Positions 10,502 through 21,051 of a DNA stretch of 64,000 bases are shown here, piece by piece. This stretch comes from Minutocellus sp. GHC0000111 (lineage: Eukaryota): positions 868,001 through 932,000 of the forward strand of contig OZ361258.1 of the NCBI GenBank assembly GCA_977018835.1. The letters run 5' to 3'. Both the position numbers and the translations under genes were made by a program. Position 1 is the stretch's first letter, and the number at the start of each line of letters is the position of its first letter. The notes under the pieces are model-generated. The model did no database searches, was not told the DNA's origin, and saw only the letters and a list, made by a program, of their open reading frames with translations.

Positions 10502-12085
10502 ATGGTGTCCTTTGCCAGAACCGCCGCCCTCCTTCTCCTACTGGCGCCGTCGGTCAGTGCCTTCACCCCACCCAAGACGTCGACCAGCGCCAACGTCGCC
10601 GCCGGGAGCAGCAGCAGCAGGAGCCCTCCCAAGGCCATCTCGATCCCGGTCGACGAGCCTACAAAGACACCACCACAAGTGGAGGCAGAGATGACTGGGT
10701 CCAAAATTTGGACTACGAGGCCTTTGCCAAGGATGTGACTGCTCTCGGAAAGGAGCTGCAAAAGTCGTCCGGTCCTGATGATGTGGAGCATCTCAACAAG
10801 GTGAGCTACATGTAATTGGTGAATGTTCGAATTACAATGCAACAGAATATAAAATATGCACAATCATGTGCCGTTGCAACTCACACAACACACCCTTGCT
10901 CATATCAATGTATCACACAATACTCCACAACAATAATGTAATCTATAGATCCTCGACTGGCGCAACATTGCTTGTGCGCTCGGTCTCGCTACCATGTGGC
11001 TCGATCCCAATCCAATTACGATTGCGGCATTGTCGACCTGGACCTATGCGAGTTGGACCATGGTGGCGCACCATACCTGCCATGGCGGCTACAACCGCGT
11101 CGATGCCGGCAAATACAATTCCCGAGGAATTGCCCTCGGCACTGTTACCCGTCGCATTGCTGATTGGTGCGATTGGATGCAACCGGAGGCGTGGAATGTG
11201 GAGCACAACCGCCTTCACCACTACCATTTAGGCGAGCCTCTCGATCCTGACCTCGTGGAACGCAATCTGGAATTCCTCCGTGAGATGGATATTCCTCGGC
11301 CGCTCAAATACACCGTCGCTGCTTTCTTCATGCCCATTTGGAAATGGTTCTACTATGCGCCCAATACGTTCAAGGAATTGCAGATTGCCAAGTGGAAGAG
11401 TGAGGGCAAGCCACTGCCTCAAGATTTCCAGCCCGAGGAGGCCGTTACCGTGCGAACGATGCTCATGCCCAAGACAAAGGCCGAAGCCGCTGGGCAGAAG
11501 GTCGTAAACCCTGCCGATTTCTTCAGCAAGGTTCTTGCTCCCTTTTTCGTCAGCCGATTCGTTCTGCTCCCTGCCCCTTTGTTGTTTGTTCCAGGCGTTG
11601 GGCCAACCCTTTTCGGTCACGCAATTGCCAATCTTGTCCTTGCCGAATTCCTTACCAATATCCATGGCTTCATTACCATCGTAACGAATCATGCGGGAGA
11701 CGATCTCTACAAGTTTGATGATGAAGTCAAGCCCAAGAGTGGATCGTTTTACGTCCGTCAGATCGTATCGTCGGCCAACTACGCCACAGGCACTGACCCC
11801 GTTGACTTTGCACACGGGTGGCTCAACTATCAAATCGAGCATCACGTCTGGCCAGATCTCTCGATGCTCCAATATCAGCGAGGTGCACCCAAACTCAAGG
11901 CGCTATGTGAGAAGCATGGAGTTCCATATGTTCAGGAAAGCGTTTGGACTCGATTGCGCAAGACCGTCGACATTATGGTTGGAAAGACGTCAATGAGAGA
12001 GTTTCCCACCCACCTTGAGCCTGCGACCGACAAGGCAAGGAATGGTGTCACTTGGAGGTCCACCAACGGCGCGATTGATGAATAG
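10502..12085 (+). CDS. Plastid-targeted membrane fatty-acid desaturase without a cytochrome b5 domain; intron 10801-10948, frameshift near 10680
   Basis: Signal peptide ending SVSA-FTP; His boxes HHTCH, HNRLHH and QIEHH. The GTGAGC...TATAG intron joins HLNK to ILDWRN in frame with ATG 10994. Confidence 0.85.
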
Positions 12086-12327
12086 ATGTGCACCGAGTAC
12101 TTGCCACTCTACTGTCGTTGAATTGTACTGTTTGATTTGATTTATCTATCCCACATTGCCGGTAAAAACATACCGACGCCTACTTGTTTTTTGAATTGAG
12201 GGAGAAACAAAACCTGTATGCTATTATATTGTAAGAATAAATGATGATTTTGCTTTAGATAATTGAGCCACAGATGTAGTTTGTACATTTGATTCTACAG
12301 TATTTACATTTGGTTGAGCTTTCTGAT

Positions 12328-15072
12328 TCAATCGAAGGAAATCTCATCGCACAATGCCTCCCATTCGCATACGCCAGGGGCGAATTCAGGCAGATAGCTG
12401 GTTTCCATCGCCTTTTGCATTACGGCCTTGGGTGGGCGACGAAGCTTCCCACCGCTTTGCATTACCCGCAGTTGTACCTCGCAACACCGTTCAAAATAAT
12501 AGGCAAGAACCCAGGCCTCACGCACCGAGGCACCGAAGCAAACATAACCATGGTTGTGCATGAGAAGTGTGTTGCAGCCTTCAACAGCCTTGACGGCGGC
12601 AGCAATCTGAGGTCCCTCGGAGGCGTCGTCTGACAACCCATCCCAATCATACGTCGCTACCTTGCCATAAAAGTACGCGCTATCTTGAGTGATGGGAACG
12701 AAGCCTTCCTCAAGACAGGATATGGCAGTAGCAGCCGGGGTGTGGAGATGAATTATGGCCTTAATGTCAGGCCGGGCCGAATAGATGGCATCATGGATAA
12801 TATCAGCAGTAACGTTCGTGGAACTGTAAACCAAATCCTCAGGCACGATCTTGTTCCACATCTTCCTGCCGGGTGTAATGAGACAGCCGGTGCGGAATCG
12901 AGCCGAAATATGATTCCAAACAAGCATGTCCATACCGTACTTGGCCGTCAGACGATGGGCAATGGCAAGATCATATCGGAGTGCCTTCTCCTCAGCCTTG
13001 CGCCTTTCATCAGAGTGAGAAAGGCCGTAATGGTCCTCGATGATAGGTTGGATGTCGGCCACGAGAGCCTCGCGGACAGCATACGTATTCGTGGCATAAT
13101 GAGGAAAGATGAAGCAATTCTCAACATTCCACAGACGATGATCTTTGGGCAGAGGCTCGGGGAATGTGGTGTCAAGGATGGCATATTTGATGGACTTGTT
13201 TTCGAGAGCCTCGGTGAGAGCATCGGTGTCCACTACTTTGCCCCTCGACATGTTGATAATACCAGCATGTGGCTGGAGATTCGAGATGACACTCTTTCCG
13301 ATCAGGTTCTCGGTATGCTTCGTCAAAGGACGAAGTGGGAGTAGAACATCGGATTGGCTGGCCATGTCGACCAAATCTGCCACATACTCGACGGAAAACT
13401 TATTCTCGGCGTCGAGATCACGCATAGTGGGCGGGACATTGTAAATGATGATGCGAGTATCGGGTGCAATCTTGCGAATCTCTTCAACCAACCTCTTGGC
13501 AATGACGCCCATGCCCACAATGGCGACCGTAGTCGACGAAGATGCCAGAGGCTTGCCTTCGCAATTCCAGTTCAAATTCCAACCACTTGATGGGAAGGGA
13601 ACTCCGAGCTGGTTCAGAGCATCACGCAGCCCAAGGATAAGGAAGCTTAGGGTGTACTGGACGACATGCGATGTGATGGCCTCTCTACCGGATTGCTTCA
13701 CCATGATGCCCCGAGCTTTGCAGGCCTCCATGTCGATGTGATCCAGGCCCGCCGACATGGTAATCATGAGCTCCACCGTCGATGGGAGTGCATCGATCTT
13801 GTCCTTGTTCATCTTGGAAAGAATGTCTACAACGACAATATTGGTCTCTAAAACCCGCTCCTTGCCTATTTCCAAGGACTTCTTCCGATCCGTCTCATCC
13901 AAAATGAGATGATTGGTCTTCTTGAATGGTACGGGAGGCTTGCAAATAATTTCCATCCCCACCGGCTTTCGGCATTGGACGACACCCCACTTGAAGACGC
14001 CGCGATCAATCTGGGTGATACGACGGCAGATGCTGTCCCGATAGTTCATTAGTAGGACACGGTTGACGTTGGATCCGGTATCGCCGTGTTCCAGTACGAA
14101 GGTCACCTTTTTCAGCATGAGCTGGAAGCTGATACGAAGGTCGGTGGTTAGATCCACGAAGGTGGCATTGGACCAGCCAACATCTGCACAGGTCTTGACG
14201 ATCTGGCTGGGATTGAGCCAATCATTGATGCGATTCTTCTCGGCGAATTGTGCCAACTCCAAAACCGTCAGGTCGGGATTGTCACCGCACATGAGATCGC
14301 AAAAGACAAAGGCACCGCCGGGTTTGGTGATGCGATAGGCCTCGGCATAGGTCTTGCGCTTGCTGATGGAGTGGATGAAGGCATCCTGGGAGAATGTCAG
14401 ATCAAAATGGTTGGACGGACAGGGCGTAACGTCAAAGGACGCCTCAACAATGTTGATCCGATCAGTCAAATTCCGCTCGGCCGCCTTATCCCGGGCGGTG
14501 ATGTTCTGCTCATGACATATGTTGACGATGGTGGCCTCGGCGATGGTTTGGGAGTGCTTCTCGGCCAGATAGATGGCACTTGCACCGGAACCGCTACCTA
14601 GATCGACATATCTGAAGTCATTGGCCTCGGACCGATGGGGCAGCAAGCCCATCGACAGTCGGTACATGTAATTGGTCATGGCCTCGGCCGCCAGCCCGTA
14701 GCAGCCGGGTTGGTCCAGGTCCAAGTTGTCCCACTTGCCGTAGTGGATGGAGCAGCCCTCATCTTCGCCCATGACATGCGAATAAAACTTGAGCTTGATC
14801 CGATCGGGATTGGCAATGGGCTGCGGCTTGAGAATCTCGGTGGGAGACGACGTGCCATTATTACCACCAGCCTCATTTTCGCTCGCAAGTGTGTCGGACC
14901 GGTACCGCCGCCGAGCAGACGATGTGGCTGCGTCAGATGATGAGTTATTGGACTCGTCATCTGACGTTTCAAGACCGGCGAGATTGTTTCGTGAGTCTCT
15001 CCAGTAGAAGCTGGAAAAGTGGAACGAGTCCGACACGCATATGCTGGTCGGGGAGGACTCCATGGCTGGCAT
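12328..15072 (-). CDS. Three-domain fusion: SAM methyltransferase (DsyG/DSYE/SDMT-like) + D-2-hydroxyacid dehydrogenase + class II aldolase/adducin; candidate multifunctional DMSP-synthesis enzyme
   Basis: One uninterrupted ORF. MT (about 14790-13965): IHYGKW, VDLGSGSG, FSQDAF, KPGG. Dehydrogenase (about 13845-13030): SAGLDHID, IVGMGVIA, PLT..T, NMSRG, LD...EP, PH. Aldolase (about 12985-12328): NHISAR, IHDAIY..RPD..AIIHLHT, LMHNHG. Confidence 0.85.
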   Translation of the reverse strand: MPAMESSPTSICVSDSFHFSSFYWRDSRNNLAGLETSDDESNNSSSDAATSSARRRYRSDTLASENEAGGNNGTSSPTEILKPQPIANPDRIKLKFYSHVMGEDEGCSIHYGKWDNLDLDQPGCYGLAAEAMTNYMYRLSMGLLPHRSEANDFRYVDLGSGSGASAIYLAEKHSQTIAEATIVNICHEQNITARDKAAERNLTDRINIVEASFDVTPCPSNHFDLTFSQDAFIHSISKRKTYAEAYRITKPGGAFVFCDLMCGDNPDLTVLELAQFAEKNRINDWLNPSQIVKTCADVGWSNATFVDLTTDLRISFQLMLKKVTFVLEHGDTGSNVNRVLLMNYRDSICRRITQIDRGVFKWGVVQCRKPVGMEIICKPPVPFKKTNHLILDETDRKKSLEIGKERVLETNIVVVDILSKMNKDKIDALPSTVELMITMSAGLDHIDMEACKARGIMVKQSGREAITSHVVQYTLSFLILGLRDALNQLGVPFPSSGWNLNWNCEGKPLASSSTTVAIVGMGVIAKRLVEEIRKIAPDTRIIIYNVPPTMRDLDAENKFSVEYVADLVDMASQSDVLLPLRPLTKHTENLIGKSVISNLQPHAGIINMSRGKVVDTDALTEALENKSIKYAILDTTFPEPLPKDHRLWNVENCFIFPHYATNTYAVREALVADIQPIIEDHYGLSHSDERRKAEEKALRYDLAIAHRLTAKYGMDMLVWNHISARFRTGCLITPGRKMWNKIVPEDLVYSSTNVTADIIHDAIYSARPDIKAIIHLHTPAATAISCLEEGFVPITQDSAYFYGKVATYDWDGLSDDASEGPQIAAAVKAVEGCNTLLMHNHGYVCFGASVREAWVLAYYFERCCEVQLRVMQSGGKLRRPPKAVMQKAMETSYLPEFAPGVCEWEALCDEISFD

Positions 15073-15345
15073 TGTGGGCAGAATGAGCACGGAGAGCTCC
15101 CCGTGGAACACGTGCGTGGAATGAGAGGTGCAAAAGCAGAACAAAATAAAACGTGTGTGATGTGAGAATTTCTGTGTTGTGCTGCTTGGTCATGGCAAGC
15201 AACGTGGTGGATTGCCAGCTCAGCTAATTCCATCATTTCTCACACCTGCGCAGTTATTCTCGCCGTATCCTGCCTCGCCTCCGCTCCACGCACTTGCTCC
15301 ACTCTATCTCTCGCTTGCTTTCCTACCAAACCAAAACCCCTAAAC
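15073..15345. promoter_or_regulatory. Putative bidirectional promoter (about 270 bp) shared by the two methyltransferase genes
   Basis: Head-to-head ATGs at 15072 and 15346. ACGTG cores at about 15110, 15151 and 15202; pyrimidine-rich leader at 15280-15345. Confidence 0.5.
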
Positions 15346-16326
15346 ATGGCTTCAGCAGCAGGGCCTGAGGCACCCACCGGCGCTGTGGCAGCCGCCCAGG
15401 TCGATCCGTCCATCTACGGCAAATCTGGGTCCATCGACAAGCACGTGGAGGGCGTGAAGAAGCAGTACGATACTCCGGAAAAGCTGGAGTTTTATGCCCA
15501 GGTAATGGGAGATGGTACCGACAACATTCACTTTGGAAAGTGGGACGGCGTCGATCTTGATCAGCCCGGTGCATATGGCAAGGCCTCGGAGCAAATGACG
15601 GATTTTATGTTTGATCTGGTTACCGGCTTGGTTCCGGATGCGACCAAGAGCAATGACGACAAGAGCAGCTTCCAGTACGTCGACCTGGGAAGCGGAACTG
15701 GTGCCGCCGCCCTTCGTCTTACCGAGATGCACTCCTTCATTCACAAGGCCACTTGTCTCAATCTATGTGAGGAACAAAACATCCTCGCTCGGAAGCGTGC
15801 TGCCAACCTTGGATTGGAGGGACGGATCGAGGTCGTTACCGGCACGTACGAGGACTGTCCCTTTGACGACAATTCCTTCGACGTGGCCTTCTCCCAGGAT
15901 GCGTTTGTACATGCCTTTTCCAAATCCAAGACGTTTTCCGAGGCATTGCGCATCACCAAGCCCGGAGGGGCATTCATCTTCTGCGATCTCATGTGCGGCT
16001 CGGGCGAGGGTGTGACGGACGAGGAATTGCAGACTTTTGCAGCATCCAACATGGTTAATGATTGGCTATCACCGGAGGAGAATATCGAAGCCTGCAAGGA
16101 GGCTGGCTGGTCCAATGTTACATTCGTTGACTTGACCAGTGACATCCGTGTCTCCTTCCTCCTCATGTTGAAGAAGGTTGAGACTATCATCGAGAATGGC
16201 AATCCGGACAAGATCGATGAAAAGCTGTTGATGTCCTATAAGACGAATCTCGCCAATCGCATCACTCAAGTTGATCGCGGCGTATTCAAATGGGGCGTCG
16301 TCCACGCCAAGAAGCCCATGACTTGA
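15346..16326 (+). CDS. Standalone SAM methyltransferase, DSYE/DsyG-like (candidate MTHB S-methyltransferase; sarcosine/dimethylglycine methyltransferase superfamily)
   Basis: QYD...FYAQVMG, IHFGKW, VDLGSGTG, FSQDAFVH, KPGGAFIFCDLM, WGVVHAKKP. It is a clear paralog of the N-terminal domain of the neighbouring fusion. Confidence 0.85.
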   Translation: MASAAGPEAPTGAVAAAQVDPSIYGKSGSIDKHVEGVKKQYDTPEKLEFYAQVMGDGTDNIHFGKWDGVDLDQPGAYGKASEQMTDFMFDLVTGLVPDATKSNDDKSSFQYVDLGSGTGAAALRLTEMHSFIHKATCLNLCEEQNILARKRAANLGLEGRIEVVTGTYEDCPFDDNSFDVAFSQDAFVHAFSKSKTFSEALRITKPGGAFIFCDLMCGSGEGVTDEELQTFAASNMVNDWLSPEENIEACKEAGWSNVTFVDLTSDIRVSFLLMLKKVETIIENGNPDKIDEKLLMSYKTNLANRITQVDRGVFKWGVVHAKKPMT

Positions 16327-16663
16327 GTGGAGTGTCATTGAAATCATGACACAAGGGAGGAAGAAGGACCAGCAGGCGCAGGAACTCAGATATCTCTTCT
16401 TCAGTTAAACCACTCTGTACATATTAACAATTCAGCGAATCCATTTATTGTAAATATCTTTTAAATAATGGCAATATGAAGATTATCGAAGGCCAGGTTG
16501 CTACGAGGCCACTCATGGCAGCAGCAGCAGCGAATAGAGTTAGCTTTCGGTGGATACCAATAACCCTTACATTGGACCTCCACGTGACGCGTCGCTGGTC
16601 AACTTACAAGTCCAAAGCTTCAAAGCCGAAGGAATGCAAGGATACATGCTGTATGACCGTATC

Positions 16664-17248
16664 ATGGCGCCATATGCGAGCATGGGCACGATCTCATCGT
16701 CTTTTTTGTTGATTGTCAGTAGTTTGATAAGCCCCTGTAGTGGCTGGATATATGGTGGGCATCATCAAATGTTGACAAGACAAGGACGAACAACTCGTCA
16801 CAATGCCCTCTCGAGCGAATATTTGGAGAACGATCTGGTGGCGATTCAAATACCACCAAATGATGATGATGAAGGTGATAATGAATCCAGTGTCACTGCC
16901 GAAAATTCGCCGCGACTTTGTGTTGTGCGTCCCGATGGATGTGTTTGTCCTCTTTGCTATCACGAGGACGACGTCGAGACTGACCATTTCGTTGACCCAC
17001 GCGTGTCATCACAAGCTTGGACGGAAGACGTTACCGATGACGATGTAACCAGCACATACGGCGAGGGATGGTATGGGCAAAGGCCAGTTCCATCACTCGG
17101 GGGAGGACCTGGCTATGGTGCCGAGGCGGACCCAGTGTGGTCGGTAGATGAAGACGTGCTTGAAAGATTGCAAGAAGATGGCGTTGATTTACCAGTACTG
17201 GATGTTGGAATTGCTCATGGCGAAAAGGCGAGGGGTGGTGCATTTTAG
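16664..17248 (+). CDS. Hypothetical protein with a possible N-terminal signal/plastid presequence
   Basis: ORF with a hydrophobic N-terminus, an acidic body and a Gly-rich block YGEGWYGQRPVPSLGGGPGYGAEAD. Confidence 0.6.
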   Translation: MAPYASMGTISSSFLLIVSSLISPCSGWIYGGHHQMLTRQGRTTRHNALSSEYLENDLVAIQIPPNDDDEGDNESSVTAENSPRLCVVRPDGCVCPLCYHEDDVETDHFVDPRVSSQAWTEDVTDDDVTSTYGEGWYGQRPVPSLGGGPGYGAEADPVWSVDEDVLERLQEDGVDLPVLDVGIAHGEKARGGAF

Positions 17249-17333
17249 AATAGAATGATATATAAGATATCAAAGTATTGTATAGCCCTTAACTCTATAA
17301 TCTAAAATGACTCTAATTGATCCTACTCATCAA

Positions 17334-18587
17334 TCAAAGATCTTGGTCGCTACTACCTGCGTCTACGCCATCACCATGCCCCTGGCTACTACTATTTGCT
17401 CTGGCGACAAGCTCAAACAGAATGAGGCTTCCAAGGGTAATGAAGAAGGAGGCAAAGAGATACAGGTACACCGATGGCTTCCTTTTGTCCTCATTCTGTA
17501 GTGATTTTGGTTGAGTATTTCGCTCGTCGATATCTTCGTCACCCGGTGCAGTAGTCTGATTGCTTCCCAGCATTTTGGAATACATGGCCTTCTCTCTCTT
17601 CTTATGCTGCTTCTTTCTGCGATCGAGTTCCACGCGGAGGCGCTTAACATCCGCATTATCACTTTCAATCTCCTCTGCGGCCGCAATGGCCATTTCACAC
17701 TCTTCGAACGTGCCGTTTGGATCAAATATTGCTGCTCTTGCCGCACGACATAGGGCTTTAATGTTGTTTGGATCATATTGCAGCACAGTCGCTGCCGATT
17801 CCTTGGCCTTGCCATATGCCTTGGCCTTGAGATGGACAGCCGAAATATTATTCAAACAATCGATCAAAATAGAAGATGCTCTCTGCTTGGCATTGTCCGA
17901 TTCGCCAGCAGCACTAGCCGTATCGTCACCCGCTTCTTGCCTTGTTTGTATTTCACCCAACAAATCTATCATCGCGTCGCGTGCCTTGCCATACAATTTC
18001 AGGGCCCTTGCCTTGCCCATGCCATGGTCATCCCATTCATATTGATAACATTCATTCCCGAGCTGCTTCTTGGATGCGGCAAGCTCAATCTTGAGGTTGA
18101 AGTCCTCAAGTAGCTGGTTGGACGGCACGATATCCCGGACACAAACATCAAACGCAACGTCCGAATTCGGCGGCAAGTCCTTGGTCGATGTATCTGCTGC
18201 TGACGCCCGCCGTCCACCGGCTCCATAGGCATACTTGCTCCGACACCTGACGATGGCACGATGACCGCTGGGCAGGAACCGCGCCGCCATCTCAAGTCCT
18301 GGAATCACATCTCCATCGCCGAGCGCAATGAGGCACCCGTGCTTTTCGATAAACTGCGATTCGTTCCCGGACGCACAGTCCTCGTCATTAAATGACAACA
18401 GCTGACGGCCGGTGAAGTCGAGGCGGATGCCATCTCCCACTTCGGCTGCTGCTGCTGCATCGGCTTCGTGTTCGGCGGTTGCATCATCATCAGGACCACC
18501 ACCTGTGCTGATTACTTTCATTACGAGGTCCTCCCCCATCAGCTCCACCCACTCGCCACCATTTGAGTCGGCGTTGGAGGCACCCAT
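17334..18587 (-). CDS. FKBP-type PPIase with TPRs and a C-terminal TM anchor (FKBP8/FKBP42-like)
   Basis: LGDGDVIPGLEMA, KYAYG, LPPNSD, KKQLGNECY, NNISAVHLK, DPNNIKALCRAARA, and a hydrophobic tail anchor. Confidence 0.85.
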   Translation of the reverse strand: MGASNADSNGGEWVELMGEDLVMKVISTGGGPDDDATAEHEADAAAAAEVGDGIRLDFTGRQLLSFNDEDCASGNESQFIEKHGCLIALGDGDVIPGLEMAARFLPSGHRAIVRCRSKYAYGAGGRRASAADTSTKDLPPNSDVAFDVCVRDIVPSNQLLEDFNLKIELAASKKQLGNECYQYEWDDHGMGKARALKLYGKARDAMIDLLGEIQTRQEAGDDTASAAGESDNAKQRASSILIDCLNNISAVHLKAKAYGKAKESAATVLQYDPNNIKALCRAARAAIFDPNGTFEECEMAIAAAEEIESDNADVKRLRVELDRRKKQHKKREKAMYSKMLGSNQTTAPGDEDIDERNTQPKSLQNEDKRKPSVYLYLFASFFITLGSLILFELVARANSSSQGHGDGVDAGSSDQDL

Positions 18588-18848
18588 TGCTGCTTTTGAC
18601 GGCGTAGGATTCCTACTGTGTACGCTCGAACGCCCGGCAGTTTAGGCGCTCACCAGGCTCGTCACCAGCCAGCCGTAGGCGCCTGCTGCAGCCAAGGCTG
18701 GCTGACTGATCGAGCATCGTCGCGATCAAGCAGGCAGACAGCCGTACGTACGTAGATCAACAAACTTCGCCGAGCGTGCCATTCGTCATCGGAACATGAT
18801 CGCATCGGAACATCAGTCTGAACATAGGAATTCCTATCTCCTCCAGCG

Positions 18849-20974
18849 ATGCTATCCCACTTCCATTCTCCCGCCCAGCGGCCAATCTCTCGATTATCGC
18901 TGCTATCGCTATTGCTCGTCTCGACCCAAACATGGGCGTGCACTACGATCGCAGTCGGTAAAGATGCGTCGACGGACGGGTCCGTTCTCACAAGTCACTC
19001 CAACGATGGAGAGGGAGACACCGACCCGAGATTGGTGCTCATCCCCGCCTCCGACTGGCCCGAGGATGCGCAGCGTCCCGTCTTTTACTCACCCGAGTCT
19101 TTCCCGCGTTACGTAGGGCCGGATCGAGCCACATCACCAGTTGAGGCATATGCAGTCGGCAATGGCGACAATGGACCGAACGCGTTCGAGCCGATATGCC
19201 ACATCCCTCAGGTATCGCATACCTACCAGTACTACGAGGAGACCTATGGGGCCATCAACGAGAAGCAGCTCGGAATATCGGAGAGCACCTGCTCGGGTGT
19301 GTTTGGTGCTGCGCCCAAGGGCATCTCGTATCCTGATTATGGCGTCGGGAAGGCATGCTTCAGCGTCGATACACTGACGCAGATTGCCATGGAACGACAT
19401 TCCAAGGCGAGGGATGCCATCGCCGAGATTGGACATCTTGCAGGGCAGCATGGGTTCTATGGCGCTGGGCTGTTCGAGGGGACTGCGGAATCTCTCATCA
19501 TCGCCGATGCGGAGGAGGTATGGATTTTCCACATCCTTCCAGACCCAACCGGCGCCAGCGCTATCTGGGCAGCTCAGCGAGTGCCGTCAGATTCCTTTGC
19601 TGTTGTTCCGAACGTGTTCATCATCCGTGAGATTGACCCCGACGATACTGAGAACTTTCTTTACTCAAAGAGTGTGTACAGGGTCGCCACTGAGTTGGGA
19701 TGGTGGGATGCAAGCGACGGTAATCTGTTGGATTTCACTGCCATGTATTCAGATGGAGAGTATTCCCATAAATATTATTCTGGAAGACGATCTTGGGGGG
19801 TTTACAAACTATTCGCCCCATCTCTCGAGTTGGAGGCAGATTATCTGGAATGGAGAATTTCGAAGCCGTATCCCTTCGCTGCTAAGCCCGATTCAAAGGT
19901 TTCGGTTGCCGATGTCGCGAAGGCAATGAAGAGCTACTACGAAGGCACCGAATACAGCCAGGCAGGAGAATCGTCTGGTCTTAACCTTGCGGGAGGACCA
20001 TTTAGAACTCCCGATCACGTGTGGGGTGGGAACTCTACTCCATTTGTAGATATTGACGGCAATAAAGACAGCATAGGGAATTGGGAACGAACCATTGGCT
20101 TATACCGAACGAGCGATTCCTATATCACCCAATCGCGTGGATGGCTTCCAGACGCAAACGGTGCTGTCCTATGGTACGCGCCGTATGCAGCCCCTTATTC
20201 CATCTTCACCCCATTTGCAGCTGGGATGAACTATTTGACGCACGGTACGCTTGGTACTCACATGCGGCTCGATAAAAGACACTATTTTGGGCATTCCGCT
20301 ACCTTGGCAATTACGTCCAATTAAAGTATGAGGAAATGATTCGCGAAGTAGCGGCGTTCCAAGAACGAACAATGGAAGCGAACCTTGAGCTGCAGGCATA
20401 TATTGATGGGCTTATTGACGAGGGAGAAGATATCAAAAAAGCTCTTGAGCTGTATTCTACCAATGCCAATAATATATTGGCCGAGACATGGGATCTGTGC
20501 GACCATCTCATGTTCAAATTTGCGGATGGACAGTTGCATTCCACGCCCACGAATTCACAGCACGGAACTTCTACACCGCCGCGACAATTCAGTGACAAGG
20601 GAGTCACGACGAAAGACGCAGAGATCGTCGACCAACCAGAATATCGCAGCGAATGGCTCGAAAGTGTCGGCTTCCTCGATGGACCCCCACCTCCGCCTGA
20701 CTGCTCTGACCTGGAATGGAAGTGCGGTCACAAGCCAGCATCTCCTGCAAGTGCACATGGCCTACGCGGAGAAATTGAGGGAGGCGATGCTCCAGCAAAT
20801 TTGTCTGCACCAAAGCAAGCTATGATTGATTACCAGAAGAAAAAGCAGAGGGCTTTGGAAAGCAATACAGCCACTTGCACTTCAGTCGGCGACGTGGCGG
20901 CAGCTGTAAAGAGATGTTCAAAGACCAAAGCGAAGGAAGGTCAAGAAGAAAATTCCATTATGCGAGTCGCATAA
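18849..20974 (+). CDS. Secreted peptidase C69 (dipeptidase/secernin) family protein; frameshift in the A-run near 20273
   Basis: Signal peptide followed by catalytic CTTIAVGKDASTDGS, INEKQLGISESTC, IWAAQRVP and WERTIG. Adding one A at gataaaagac restores TLFWAFRYL...YEEMIREV. Confidence 0.85.
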
Positions 20975-21051
20975 AAGTTTGCATACGTTCGACGTAATAG
21001 ATCATCTATAGGTCTCTAAGCCAGCTACATAGTATAATATTTAATAATTAT

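Noticed and set aside
10291..10815. 174-aa ORF as a separate gene
   Set aside because: Its 3' part is the frameshifted first exon of the desaturase.
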